A stretch of 64,000 bases of DNA from Eledone cirrhosa (Eukaryota), in contig OZ024749.1 of NCBI GenBank assembly GCA_964016885.1, positions 48,918,001-48,982,000 on the forward strand, given 5' to 3'. This document shows, piece by piece, positions 25,877-40,644 of this stretch. The position numbers and the translations under genes were made by a program. The notes under the pieces were generated by a model. The model saw only the letters and a list, made by a program, of their open reading frames with translations. It ran no database searches and was not told the origin of the DNA. Each line of letters begins with the position of its first letter. The first letter of the stretch is position 1.

Positions 25877-27182
25877 TATAAACATGAGTATATCAGTAGT
25901 TGCATGCTCCATCGTGCTGAGTCAACAGAACAAGGTTAAATGACCAGCAGGAGGTACCGAGGCTAGCGCTATATGGAAAAAGACAGAATACATGATGCAC
26001 TTAATGTCATAGAATGTCTTAAAAATTAAAAAAAATGATAAATTAAAAATTACACCAAAAATGTATCACTTAGATGGTGTCATAGATGATAAAGAGGTTG
26101 GGAGAGGGTAGCAAGGGATGAGTGAGAGTATTACTCAGCATGATCAGAAATAATAAGAAAATAACAAAAAAATATAAAAAATACAAATATGCAGGGATAA
26201 GAAAATAGATAAATACAAAAATACAAAACAAAACCCCGGAACCCCCTCCCAAAATATATAATACAAAGCAAAGCATAGATGCATCAAAGCACAAGCAGTG
26301 CAAAAAGAGGGTGTACAGGCAGATCAAGAGAGTTTGCAAGCATGAGTCTGAAAAGAATTGTTGGTTAGCAGTAATGCAGCCTTACATGTATGATAGTCCA
26401 TATGAGGGATGGTGTACTCCAATTATATAGCCTTGTATCAGGTCGATTCTCCTTATCATATCTGCACCCTACGAACCACAACGATATGTTCCAGTTCCGA
26501 ACGCTAAATGAGATAACACTATTTCTCCAAAACCTATACCCAGGGGATTTATAACCATAAGCGGTCTGGGATATACACCTAAAATCTACAATAAAAAAAT
26601 AAAAGAAGGTACGACGCGTTAAATAAATGTATGGCACATATACAGCCGGCACAGATGTGAAGAAATGGAAAACATTCGGTCACTCAATCTAACGTGCCAG
26701 GTGAAATTGATGTCCAAATTGGCGTTCAACCAATGTATCGCACCGCATACAACTGTACCACAGCAAATACAAATCGTGATGGCATCCCGTTACATACAGA
26801 GAAAAAGTGTATACAGGAATCTCCGCTTCCAGAATCACATAAGGCAGAATGAGCATATATTGTTATAATAATAGGCGGGTTTATTATAGTGAGTGCAAAT
26901 TTCTGTAGAATATATAGATATATATAGAAGGGACAACTCACAACCAAACCTGTCTATGACACCCATGTTATTTATATTTCGTGGTATTCGTTTAGATTAT
27001 TAATCCCGAAGTGTGCAATCCATTCACAGTAGGGTGTGAGCCCTCCTGGGTCGGCGGGAGTTCAATATCCAGTGCTGCACTTTGGCTTGAGTGTGGTTCT
27101 ATAATACATCAAAGCTGGAACAGAGTTCACATGCAACCAACTCCAAGTTTCAAAGATTCGTCTCTCACTATTGACACACAAC

Positions 27183-27258
<76 letters not shown>

Positions 27259-28299
27259 GTCAATGATATAAGAAAACACCATTAGAATAAATCAAATCTA
27301 TGTTTGTGAAGCAATTAGAAAATTAATGCTGTAATATTCATGAGTGGCGTACTAATACAAATATTGCTAAAAAGACAATTTTCTCTAATGTTGTATTAAA
27401 TCAATTTAAAAACGAGAGATACATTTCGTTTTAAAAATATTCAGTAACTATCAAAGTGGAAAAAGGCAAATCTGGATAAATAGCTGGCTTTCAATATTTT
27501 GGTTTAAAACTTAAACAAATCTGAAATGAAATTATGTCTTTTCAAACTATCGCAATGGAAACAAATGGCTACACACGATCGAAAAGTATAATGGATGCTT
27601 TTAAAAATCAGCGCGCCAAAACTAATGGTGTAAGTATTCAGTTGATGTCAATATAATACATTTGCCATTACTAAAATTTAAAGATTGTTTTTCTTTTTGT
27701 ATGTGCGTTACTATAAAAAAAAATAATTCAAACTCTGAAACTAAGAATCTGTAATCTAACTCAAAACATACAATAACCCTCTAGATATTTATTCACAAAT
27801 GCATCTGTGTTTATGAATATGTATTCAATGCATAACCGTTGTATTTCCCTCGGGGGTGACAAAAAGGTTTAATTGCCTTATACAGAAAGACAAGATAAAA
27901 AGGACTAAAGTAAGCAACCATATTTCTATCACTCCTTTGTAGCCTGTCAGAAAACTAGTCAATCTGTTGATAGCTTAAGAAATATTCCTTTTCATAGAAA
28001 TGCAAAGAAAAGTGAAGATTGTGATACAAAGAGGATAATGAATGGAAGAAATAATATTAAATGATTGCATATTCGAGTAACGTCGAAATATTCTGAAAGC
28101 ATCCTTCAGTGGATGATAAATCATTTTGATAAGATATATAGGAATACTAGAAATCAGTTAGCAGTACTCTGTAAATTAGATTATCCAAAACAATGAGAGG
28201 AAATAAAAAGACAACTAAATGAGATAGTATCTCTGCTATTTCTACGTCTAGAGAGAAATAATTTGAAATATGATGAGGTTACATGTGCTACCACAAAGG

Positions 28300-29070
28300 T
28301 CAATTGAAGGAAAACCAAATTATAAAAAAAAAATACAAATTGGGAAAGTGACGAAAATAAAGTGATGCATGGGTAGTTTGACAGAAAAAAAAGAGACAAA
28401 TTAATAGTAAAAGAACAATGGCTGAACTATGTAGACATAACGAGGGAATTGGAAACTTCTATTGTGTATGTATAAATAATAAGCGATTAGAACAAATTTC
28501 ATTACAGCAGAAATTCGAGAGAAAAATAACAAAAAAAGCCAACACAATATTAATTTTCCTATGTGTGGAAAAGTAGAGCAAAGACGTCAATCGTTTTGCG
28601 TGTAGTAAGATAACATAAAGACAAAACAAAATACATTGCAAGGAACGGAGAAAAACACATTAATCGATAAAAAATAAACAGAAAATATTACCAGCAGCAT
28701 TCAGAACATGGTATTGAAAATTAATATAGGGTTTTTTTTCTGTACAAATTGATCGCTTAATAGAGGAACAGAAACCAAGCGTGTTCATAATAGAGATGGA
28801 TGAATGAAATGTCTATAAGACAGAGACGGGAAAACCGAAAAAGTGATGAATAGAGAGGAAATAATGTCTTTAGAATGCTGGGACATAGCCAAAGAACTGA
28901 GAAAACGTTTGGACGTGAAAGCAAATGTTATATTGATTGTCAACAGAGAAATTGAAATCTAAACACAAAATGAACTTCCCTTGTTACAACACAGAGACGT
29001 GTCCAGGATACAGCATTTTTCAGAAACATATACAGAAGGAGTATCATGAGATTAAATAAGGCAGAAGTGT
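28300..29070 (+). pseudogene. Ancient Dong/R4-like C-terminal remnant
   Basis: Traces K.MHG.F, QWL, a CCHC-like segment, QIDRLIEEQKP (cf. QTDRKIDANRPD), DIAKELRKRLDVKANVILIV and IQK, in order, with stops and frameshifts. Confidence 0.55.
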
Positions 29071-30572
29071 GACAGTAAGTTTGATTTCAATGTCTTCTAA
29101 TGTAACACAGATCATTATACATATAAACCATAAAATAAATTAAATACTATAACGGTACTTAAATTCCTTATTTGCTTTATCTGTCGAAATGTTACTGAAA
29201 AAAATAGCAAAATTAGCTCTGACAATTTCAAAGCAGTGAGGAATATGATCTAACGATATGGCATGATGGATGTTGTAAGACTAACCCGCTGTTTGCATCT
29301 CTCCTTATTTCGTGTTATATCAGCTCAAACGCTGTTCATTGGTGAATTTATTGACAAGTTCTGTATGTTTCTGATAGAAAATTGTTACAATTCACTAATT
29401 TGTCGTTTAGATAAGGCATATTTATCCCACCAGACCGAGAATGTAACTGCAACGAATTCTGCGGAATGCGATAACGATCCCATAAATCTAGTAAACTGCC
29501 TTATTTATTTCATCCACCTCATGCAGTGGAATCAAACAAGGAAACACATGATGGTGATGAATACTTTTATCTCGTATGGTTAGGACTAATCCTAGGTTTG
29601 GAATTACAATTGGTATAATCATAATATAATAAAGTGAGGAATGCGGGACTGTGTCCTGAATATATTTTTTATACCGTTATAAAATACGTCGGGGTACTTT
29701 GAATGAATAATTAATGAATATTACATAATTTATGTACTCCATTCATAGCTGTTGATGAAACATAATTCTTATATATTTTAAGATTCACTTCTTTTCAAAT
29801 CTCAATATTTCCTGTTATGATATAACAGACGCTATATTATAACGCTTATATCAACATTCTTATATTTACATCGTTATGTCATAACGTTTATATTGCGTAT
29901 ACTATCAATATCCACACTACACATACTAGAAGAAAACCACCCAAGTTCTGCTAGTTAGGTCATAATGCTTGTTCCGGCGTCTGCTACTACGATATCACCT
30001 CCTTCTTGTCCTACAGTACCTTCCGTATATACATTGAAGGTTTTCCACATGTCCATAAAAAAAATGGTACCGCCTTAGCTGTTGTAGCTGCTGCATTGAA
30101 ACTCACTATTTGATACGGTAAATTGCGAAAAATATTACTGTTAATTCCAGTAGGAAGAATGTGGCATTTATTCAGTTTGCAATGTGCACGGGTTCACATT
30201 ACCTATAGTTCTGTAATTTCAGAGGATAGCGTATATTTTAAATGACATATGGCTGTTGATCACTTAGGTCAAGTTATAAAATGGAAGATAACGTGTTGTC
30301 TCGATAATTCTAAGGTTTATAGATTAATGGATGATGTAGTCAATTTTATAGGATGTTGTTATAGTAATTAATATCTCATATACGATGACATATTATTAGT
30401 TATAAACAGCGCATACAGGAAAACATATTGAATCAATTTGATGGGATCGTATAATGTGTACACAGGAATATTATATGTTTGGATAATTCCCAATATTATG
30501 TCATCATCATTCTTCATATATGTTATACTTTGTCAGACGTAGATCCCATATTACGGACACAGGAAACTTGCG

Positions 30573-30616
<44 letters not shown>

Positions 30617-30623
30617 CATATAT

Positions 30624-30786
<163 letters not shown>

Positions 30787-30971
30787 TTGTACAGGACTCA
30801 TTCAGAAGAAATCATCAGGGCTTTCCTGTTGATTTCTCCCGAGTGAAACAGTCCTACTCCGGTAGAAGCCATTTCTATATACAAAATATTTATACTCTGC
30901 TATGTATTGAGTACCTTATTTACTTTGGTTACCCCTGATTGAACCCTGGATAAACTTATATATATATATAC

Positions 30972-31540
30972 ATGGTGGCTGCCAACTCGTTTTCGAGTAC
31001 GGCCACCACTTTATATCCATGTAGGAGAACCCCTACCGATGCACTCTGGTACAAACACTACACTTGTGACATTTATTGACACAGTGCTGGGCCCATAGTA
31101 CCATGTGACAACAAGTGCAGAGCGATCGCCAGATATAAAGCAATGCCTGTTCCGTGAAGCTTTTATAGTGAGCAAAGGCACTGCACAAAGCCAGTCCCAC
31201 TCTCTTAACCAAGATGATATTTACCAAAACGAAGAACAAGTCAACACCATTGGATACCATCAGAGTTGCAGGTGTTATATCAGAGTTTTCCATCTCCTAG
31301 AATTCTGCCTTGACAAAGGCTAAGGGGTCATCTCTCCCGGTGATTTTGGATGGCCATTGACTCTTAAGAGCTCCTTTGCCTTTTGACAGGTTTTGTTTTT
31401 AGTCCTGCAGGATGTCCAAAGTCACCTTCCTCACCAAGAAACCTTGGTGGCGTTGCCAGTTTAGTCGCCAACGACCCGACCATGAGTCAGGTTGTACTGG
31501 GATACATGTTACCTGTAGCACCAACTGGTGACCTGACATA
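30972..31540 (-). mobile_element. RTE-type 5'-UTR-derived non-coding element
   Basis: Minus strand has TCTAGGAGATGGAAAACTCTGATATAACACC (31271-31301), resembling a motif I recall from RTE 5'UTRs. The GC-richer 5' leader is structured. Confidence 0.5.
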
Positions 31541-32988
31541 TATATATACATACAAACATACATTCATGCAGGCACAAACACGCACAACAGAATTTGCATG
31601 TGCTCGTAATTGTATCTATATTTACATGGTTATATGCATGTGTACATGAGTGAAAGTATATGTGTGCATATGTATTCCATTATTAAAACATCAGCTTGTA
31701 TCATTTCCCTTTCCTCTTCTTTCTATCTCATTTATTGTATCTCTTGCCATCACCAATGTCTTTTCCCCCTTTTATCTCAGGTCTATCTCGTATTCTCTCT
31801 CTGTTCATCAGCCTATTTCTTTATCTGTGTTTCTATCGCATACTATACTCACTCCCTTGCGCGATTAGTCTTTGGATGCGTGGGTGGTATTGTTATTTAG
31901 TAAAAGAAATAAACGTAGGTGTAGTTGTTTTTTGTGTTGTTATTTTTTTGCACACTTCATTACCTTATTTTCATCCACACCCATCATTATTATTATACTT
32001 GAAGCAATAATAATCTGCCCTTAATTATTCAACATATATTTATATTTTCTACAGAATATATATACTTGCCGTTACCCCTATAGCTTAAGTAATTATTTTT
32101 TGAGAGAAGACTTGCACACACAAAAACAAAAGAAAACACGCGTACAGATAGGAAATAAAATCCTTAATTGATATGAATTTGACATTCATACTTATTTGGT
32201 ATTTTCTATTAACTTACGTTTCTTTTCTAGGTAAAAAAGAAACACAGTGAAAAACATTGTACTTTTCACTCCTAATTAGCTATTAGAAAATAGAGAAAAA
32301 AATCACATCCATTATTGAATGTTTCACGTTGCCAGTTGAGCAAGCAAACGTAAACAACAGATAAAATGTTTGGTCCAGAAACATCATAGATTAACAAACG
32401 TTTGCATCGATTCAGGGCCAACATACTTTTTATATTTATCGAGAGTATCATTTTAACACGCGAATAAACATGTATGTTCAACCACACCTCTCTTGCATAT
32501 ATCTGGTATAACTAGTTCAAAATGTTTATTGCACCGGCTACTACTGCAAAAGTACATTTCAGATATGCAAGAGGATGAAGCAAACTGGGAATAATGAGAG
32601 ATGAAATTTCAACTGAATTGGCCGTGCTTCATTGGACTTTGTTTAAAAATGATTGGAAGATGGACTAAAAGGAAGCAGGCTGTCTATGAGATATAGGTTT
32701 TATTTTGTTATCTAGAAAATAGTAGCAAATCAACTTGGTATATGGAGTGTATGTAACAGCAACAAGGTCCAATATGTGCAGGCTATATAACATTCTTAAA
32801 ATTATCTCAAGATTTTGGAAAGGGAACTTTTGATGATCTTAGCGTTGAGGAAAAAACGAAGCTAGTCATGTATATTCGAAATACATTTTGGGTCGGTATA
32901 CAAATATATATGTATATATATATATATATGAATTTCCAGTGAATTTCCAACCGATAAGGTATGATGAATTTAATGGGTATGTCTCTAG

Positions 32989-33056
<68 letters not shown>

Positions 33057-33780
33057 AGAGAGAGAGAGAGATAATATTAAAATGAAGTTATCGGAAGGAC
33101 CGATATATCTGTACCGTGTTCTATCACAATGCTGTAATTAACCAACCATCCTTAATATACCACCCAAAAGGAAAGCATCGTGCACATTAATACGTTAAAT
33201 AGAAACAATTTCGTGTGAGTAAATAATTTGAATCCTGATCCTCACCATGATATCAATGTATGTTAATACGGAGTTTATTGAGATATGGTATGGTATCACG
33301 AGGGGTTCGAGATTAGAACATTATTTACGGATATTTATATAAAAGTGAGTTATTCTCACGGCTATATTGATTCTACTAATAGGCGCCGAAATAGAAAACA
33401 ATTTCAGAAAGTTTTAAGCTACATAGAAGTTTTGAGAAACGTATGAACTCAACCAAGCAGTATTCATACCTTCCGATATCTACTTTGAATATTTCCTTGC
33501 TGATATCATCAATAAAGTTGAACATATATGAAGTATTTAGCTTCCACACACTAAGATATATTGGCATTCATGTCATTTAGAACAAATAATTATTTGTTTC
33601 TAGAAGAAAATTCGAAGACATTAAGATAAAATCACATCAAAACAAACCATTAACCAATCTCAAATTATCGGGTTTCTCTCGAGAATGATAAAAAGGCATT
33701 AGACGTTTGGAATGTTGATCACGTGTGATCCGAATATTGCACTGTGTGATAATGTATACATACATATATGTACATAGACT

Positions 33781-33821
<41 letters not shown>

Positions 33822-33825
33822 TTTA

Positions 33826-33881
<56 letters not shown>

Positions 33882-35429
33882 TGATACACACACACAAATG
33901 AATATTCATATATAGATGCAAACATATATACGCATATATATAATATATAATTATATATAAACACACACATACACACACACACACACACAAGGTGTGTGCT
34001 TGCTTTGAACAATGAAAAAGAGACAGCAGTAATGCGTAGTTAGTTCGTACATTGCTTTACGATCGTTTCAGAGGGTCGATTGTTCGTTGTATATCGATGT
34101 ATCTTATAACATACTAGTGGCTAAGCTACTACCTAATTCTAGTCTCAAAGTTCCAGTCCAATCACTCCAACTTTAAGAGATTAGAGCATATTTCAAGAGA
34201 GTTTGGCTGCTATATGTTAGCATGATCAGTGATCATTTATATCAACGAGTTGTGAATGCTAGGCATTGTTAGTCAAATGGCCGCCTAGAAAGTTCCATCA
34301 TTAGATGATATTTATACACAATTGCTATGTTGTAGTTGCAGACCAAAATGAAAATGATTAAAACGGGATATGTACACAAAAATTAAGGCTTTCCCGCCAT
34401 ATAAACGTATATGGAGTTGTTCTAAATTAAGAAATCATTATAATATTATTGAGTCTCACATAAATTTTATATTCGAAATAATTGACTATTCCATTTTTCC
34501 TCTTGTTATTAGAAATCTTTATGAAAACCAATATATATTCAATTATTTCTACTCTAGAGTATAGTCAATTCAGAAAAATTATTTAATACAAATAATAGAC
34601 AATAATGAAATCGCATTACGGCCGGATACATTTGGTTCTCTATCTTTCCCCAATGTAACATTATATTATTTTTAATTACTTGAAATACAAGTATTTCACT
34701 TTCATGCAAACGTTATTGTAATAATAGTTTCATCATTTTCAACGTGCTTTGTTCGACTATGCAACCTGGTGTATCTCATTATGCTCCAGATATGCACAAC
34801 ATTGCAATTTGGAAAGAAGCAGCTTGTTTTTCTTGCTTTCTTTTACTACATTAATTATGGTATGATGTGGGGAATTTTTTCTACCGTTACTTGGAGTTTG
34901 GCCTCTGTTATGAGGAGTATACAAAACTAGTTGTGCTATATTTGGTACCGCGGTTTGCAGATTGTGCATCATATTAATGTGTGACAACAGTGTAGATTGT
35001 TTCATCCGTTTTATTATTCTGTACAGAATAGTTTCTTAAATTTTTCGATTCATATTGTGGGCAAGGAATTTCTAGAGATAAATATAAATTTGAGGTCTTA
35101 TTTTATTAGAATATGGAGTATATTCAATTAGATACTGATGCGTTCTCTATTTTATCAACTTCATTCAAAAGTATTAATTTATACAACCAAACCTGGTTTC
35201 AAGAAACATCTTAATATAGCAAAATTAACTATTCTGAGCTATTTAGTGTCCTTATCTATTTCAAGCGTTATTACCTTTCTCCGGGCAAGAATAAACATTT
35301 TATAGAATGTGGCTATGAATTAGATTGAACTGATATGTAATTACGATAAACCAACGGCAACCGTATTGATGAAAATTAAAGCAATTCCAGGAGAATTTGA
35401 AATCAGGTTCCAGAGGTTTTTAACAACAT

Positions 35430-35608
35430 AATTGTTTCTGCTTTTGGCACAAGGCCAGCAATTACTGTGCATTACTGGTACTTTATTGGATCGACCAGGT
35501 AAGGATGAATGGCAAAGATAACCTCGGCGGGATTTAAACTCAGAATTGCAAGGGCCGTAACTCTATGCGTCAAAGCATGGCGTCCGACCCTATACCGATA
35601 CTGCAAAC
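35430..35608 (-). mobile_element. SINE (16206 family)
   Basis: Near full-length similarity. Confidence 0.85.
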
Positions 35609-36254
35609 ATATAATACATTTCATTTATTCTAGTCAGGTGTAAAGATTTGACAAACACCTAACTTAAAATGTCTGTTATTTTCATTGTAAAACGCAAATA
35701 TTAATTCAGGCTTCAAATTGAAGAACTTTTTGTTAAATATATATTTGACAACATTGTGCAAACTGTAATAAATTGGGCAGCATTCCAGTAAATTCTATAT
35801 TGTGATAGTTTGGCAATATTTGATATTCTAATACATGTTTTCTCACCCTCAATACACGAAGATATCAATGTTTATTCTATGTGTGAAAATATTCCTATAT
35901 TTATTGATAAATGTTTTGCATAATATAATGCAACATTAAGAAATGCGTGTTTGCCAGATCTTCAATCTATTAAATAAACATTCTGGATTCTATCGGCAAA
36001 TAGTAGTAGAAACATTAATTGTTATGGTTGTTGATTTGTTTATCCCTTAGATCACTGTTAATTGAGCATACCAGTGATCGAAACCATTCCAGACATGACT
36101 ATCATCTCTTGATACATAGGGAATAAATGAAAATACTTTTCAATGAATGTTTATTTTCTTTGTATAATTTATGTATTATTTGCTTGATAATTATAGCCGG
36201 TTAAGCGACCTGAATATGTACACTTGTTGGCTTTCAGCAGCAGAAGCAACAGTA

Positions 36255-36276
36255 GAAGTGGTAGTAGTAGAAGTAT

Positions 36277-36335
<59 letters not shown>

Positions 36336-36505
36336 ACAAGAACTACACCAGATGCAGCAGAAGTAACAACATTGCCAATTGTATTCACGATTGAAGCAAC
36401 AGTGGTAATATCAATATTTTAGGAACAGCAGTAGTTGCATATGTATCAACCATCATGTTAGCATCAACAATAGTAGTAGTAGAAGTAGTAGTAGTAGTAG
36501 TAGTC

Positions 36506-36553
<48 letters not shown>

Positions 36554-36649
36554 ATATTATTATTATTATTATTAGTAGTAGTAGTAGTAGTAGGAACAGC
36601 AGTAGTTGCATATGTATCAACCATCATGTTAGCATCAACAATAGTAGTA

Positions 36650-36722
<73 letters not shown>

Positions 36723-36770
36723 CAGTAGTAATATTATTATTATTATTATTAGTAGTAGTAGTAGTAGTTT
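36255..36770. repeat. (GTA)n/(TTA)n array with a 171-bp tandem duplication
   Basis: The unit aggaacagcagtagttgcatatgtatcaacc... occurs at 36421 and 36592. Confidence 0.9.
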
Positions 36771-37208
36771 TGTAGTAGAAATATTAGGTTAAGTGGAAAG
36801 GTTCATTTGGTGGATGCGGGAAATATTGGTGTTGGTAGTGATATTCATGTATTGTTCTTGGTAATGCAGCAACTTCCAGTTTCTGTAAAAGTTTTATAGA
36901 AATATGTCCATCTTAAATACAATAACGCTAGGAAAAGCCGATATAACCAGACCATGCTATATACTTAGTGTGATTGATTGCAAGTTTCTATTTTTCTTTT
37001 ACTTGCATAGTTAGCTCTTGTCTCAATGCATATTCAAAGAGACGTTTTCCCCAAAACAAATTATTTAAATTCTAACCAGTAGCTTTAGTTCCTCGGACAA
37101 ATTAACAATGATCGATGAGAATCTATATATCATATCATATCATATCATATAACACAGACACACACGCTCGCATACATTCACATATATAATATGTATAATA
37201 TATATATG

Positions 37209-37309
<101 letters not shown>

Positions 37310-38383
37310 TATGTTTATATATATATATATATTACATATGAAGTTAGTAACATATGGTTCATAAACATATTGCAAGTTTGACAGCGCAAAGTAAAATCTA
37401 TTCTTGAAGTAAAATATACTTAAAAGCTAGGAATTGCAATCAAAGCAAATTTCGTGAAAACCATTCTCATCTCTGGTTGCCAGGATAAGTGTAGTCCATA
37501 TACATAAATACGATGTTGGTTTTGTGTATTATTAATTAATTGGAGCACAAGCAAGAAACATTTCACATTAATATGTATAATAAAACGTTAAAACCATATA
37601 CATAGTAAGCCTATGTTTAATGCCGATAACAAAAGATGGGTAAACGAGTCATAATTATGACTAACGAAATTCGAAACGAAGTGCTTTTGCTTCTTTGCAT
37701 GTAAGAATTCCATTGTTTAACCTGGTTTCACAAGTGCATATAATGATGCGTATCGTAATGTTGCGCCCATTTATATTTAATTGAAACAATGTACCATTAT
37801 TTCGCTAATAGGTAATTAGTACATGATTGAAAGAGGATAATATTAGTTTAAATCTTTAAATATGTGTCGGATAATAGCCACAATCCAATGACTGAAAATA
37901 GTAAAAGCTGTATATACTATTGGATAAGGTATTTTAATGCGATTGCATGACCGAGTTCGCATCCTTTTAAAGTTAACAACATAGATCAAAACCTGATCAC
38001 GAAAACATGACATCTCTATATATCAAAAGGATTATCAGACTTATATAAATATTTAATCAGCGGAAATTCCTATAATATTGAATCTTCTCCCACGTTTTTC
38101 AGGTCTTTAAACGAAAAGATATCCTTGGAAAATATATTGGAGTTGAAATCATTTACATTTATTCCTGATAGATTGATTATATTACTAGTAATTGAATAAC
38201 CTGAAATATAAAGTGTGGAAAATCTGGAATTGGAGGATTTCTCCCCAACAAAATAGAAAGCGTGTCATATATATATATGTGGTAGCTGAAATATGTTCCA
38301 AAAATATTATTTTATGTTTTTGTACAGCTATATAGAAGCAGGCACATTCATAGATGAACGCACACACACACACACACACACAT

Positions 38384-38463
<80 letters not shown>

Positions 38464-38585
38464 AAGAGAGAGAGCGAGTGAAAATATATATATTCTTGCA
38501 TTTATAGGTTTATAGAAATAATGATAAGCATGTGTATCATAAGTATATATAGTTAATTCTATGTATATATATGTATATATATATA

Positions 38586-39628
38586 GTTAAAACTTGGACG
38601 GGAAAAAAAAAAGAGGCAGTACAAATAAGAGTTTATTAGGTTCACGCTTTTGAGAGTGGGCGGGGTAACGACGTTTCAGGCATAAGCCCTTCATCAGTAG
38701 AAAAGTGGGTAGGAAGAGGGTTCCGATGGTGTGTAGGGAAGTGGTGGAAAGACATTTAGAAAAAAATGGGGGGAGAGAAAAGGGAGGAGAACGATGGAAG
38801 GAGTACAAATAAAAATAAAAATAAACATTAAAATAAACAAGTGGTGGCAGAGTATGAGGCGTGTAGGGTGGTGGCGGGTGGAGTTGGGCGAAGGAGGCGG
38901 GGGGTCCGAGCGGGGAGGGCTGAAGGTGGTGTTTGTGTATGTGTGTAGGTGTACGTGCGTGTGTGTGTGTGCGTTTGTATGCGAATGAGAGAGATGGGGG
39001 AAGAACGAGGTTCCATGTTCAGGAAAGGTGTGTGTGTGGGGTGTGTGGTGTAAGTCGGTGTGTGCGTGCGTGTGGATGAGAGGAGTCACAGGGGTGGGGG
39101 AGATGGGCGCGTGGTTTCCGGAGGCTGAGTGTGTATATGTGGGGGTACGCACGTGTGTGTTTGTGTTTATACCTGGTATGGATGTAGGTGGCGTGGTTCG
39201 AAAACAATGTGAGTGTATGTTCGTGGGTAGGTTCCTAAGGTTGGTCCGTGGAGTGTGCGATGAGATGGTGGATATTTTTCATGTTGGTGGATGGCCGGAA
39301 TGATGACCGGTGGTGTGGATTCCATTGGTTGTGGTGGTCGGAAGTGGAGAGATGTTGGGTACGCGTGCAACAGGAAGTGGCCAGAGAGTCAAGGCAGGGT
39401 GAAGTGATAGCCGTAGAGGAGGATGACAGGTGGAGAAATGGTCAGAGTGTTGTGAGGATTGTGCGGAGGTCGGGGGGGGGGGATGTTAGTGATATTAGTT
39501 GTAGGGTGGTTGGAGTGGATGTGTGGGTGAGGGCTAGTGATGGTAGTAGGGTGTGTGGATAGTGTGTGGATAGTGTGCGTGTTAGGGTGAGGGTGGGGAT
39601 GGTATTATTGTTGGTTGGCGAAGGGGGG
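38586..39628 (-). pseudogene. Decayed PLE 3' portion ending in HHR core + AATAAA + TA-rich run
   Basis: C/A-rich strand like 1-450. Traces HFSTCHP and TNLRNL..PG. CTGATGA-AGGGC TTAT GCCT-GAAACGTC at 38670-38697, followed by AATAAA. Confidence 0.6.
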
Positions 39629-40157
39629 ATATATATATTGTATTCTATTGTAAATTCTAATGCGAGGGAATAAACTATGAAATTATATTTTTCTAAACGG
39701 ATCTATCATCGATTAGGGATTTCTTTTAAGAATTAGGCAGCATCGAAGCCAATTATATGCTATTAGTAAACATCGATACAGAGAAAACTGAAAAGAAAGA
39801 TGCCGTCGCATTATGACATGTCCTTAGTATAGAAAAATCTATATTAAGCTATACTACAATTGTTAAGAGCAATCGAATTATAAGTATTTGGAGAGATACA
39901 CATGAATTAAGTCAAAATTGCAAGTAGCAAGATAGATTGATAGAATGAGAAACGTGTGAGGGCAATATATATTGAAACTGAGAGTGATATTGAGGGTGAG
40001 CAAATTAGACAGAAAGATAGAGCGACAGAGAGTGAGTAATTGAGAAATAGAGATTGAGTTAACTGAAAAGGCATAATGTGATAGTGAAGGAGAGAGGCGT
40101 ACAGATGAGGTATATAATCAAGAAATCAGAGAGATATAAACATTGAGTGAACCAGAA

Positions 40158-40266
<109 letters not shown>

Positions 40267-40644
40267 ATGAGAAGTTGGGGAAAGAATTTGAGAACATATA
40301 TGTACAACTTCTAGAGCATTCGATTTCTCAATACACGGAAGTTAGATTATTTTTGATCTCATCATATTGAAATTAGTCGATGAATCAATCATTGATTTCT
40401 TGGGTATTCAGTTTATTTGTTTATTTTATTTTATTGGTTGTTTGTTTGTTTCGTTAGTTGGTTGGTTAATTGGCTGGTTGGTTGGTTGGTTGATTGCTTT
40501 GTTGAATAATCAATCGTCTAATTGACACATCTCCAATTAATTGGTTGCATTATTGACTAATTTACTTATTAGCTATCACTCAATTGATTGCTTTTCACCC
40601 TCATCGATAACATGAGTTAACAATACATTACTTTGTGAGATTTC

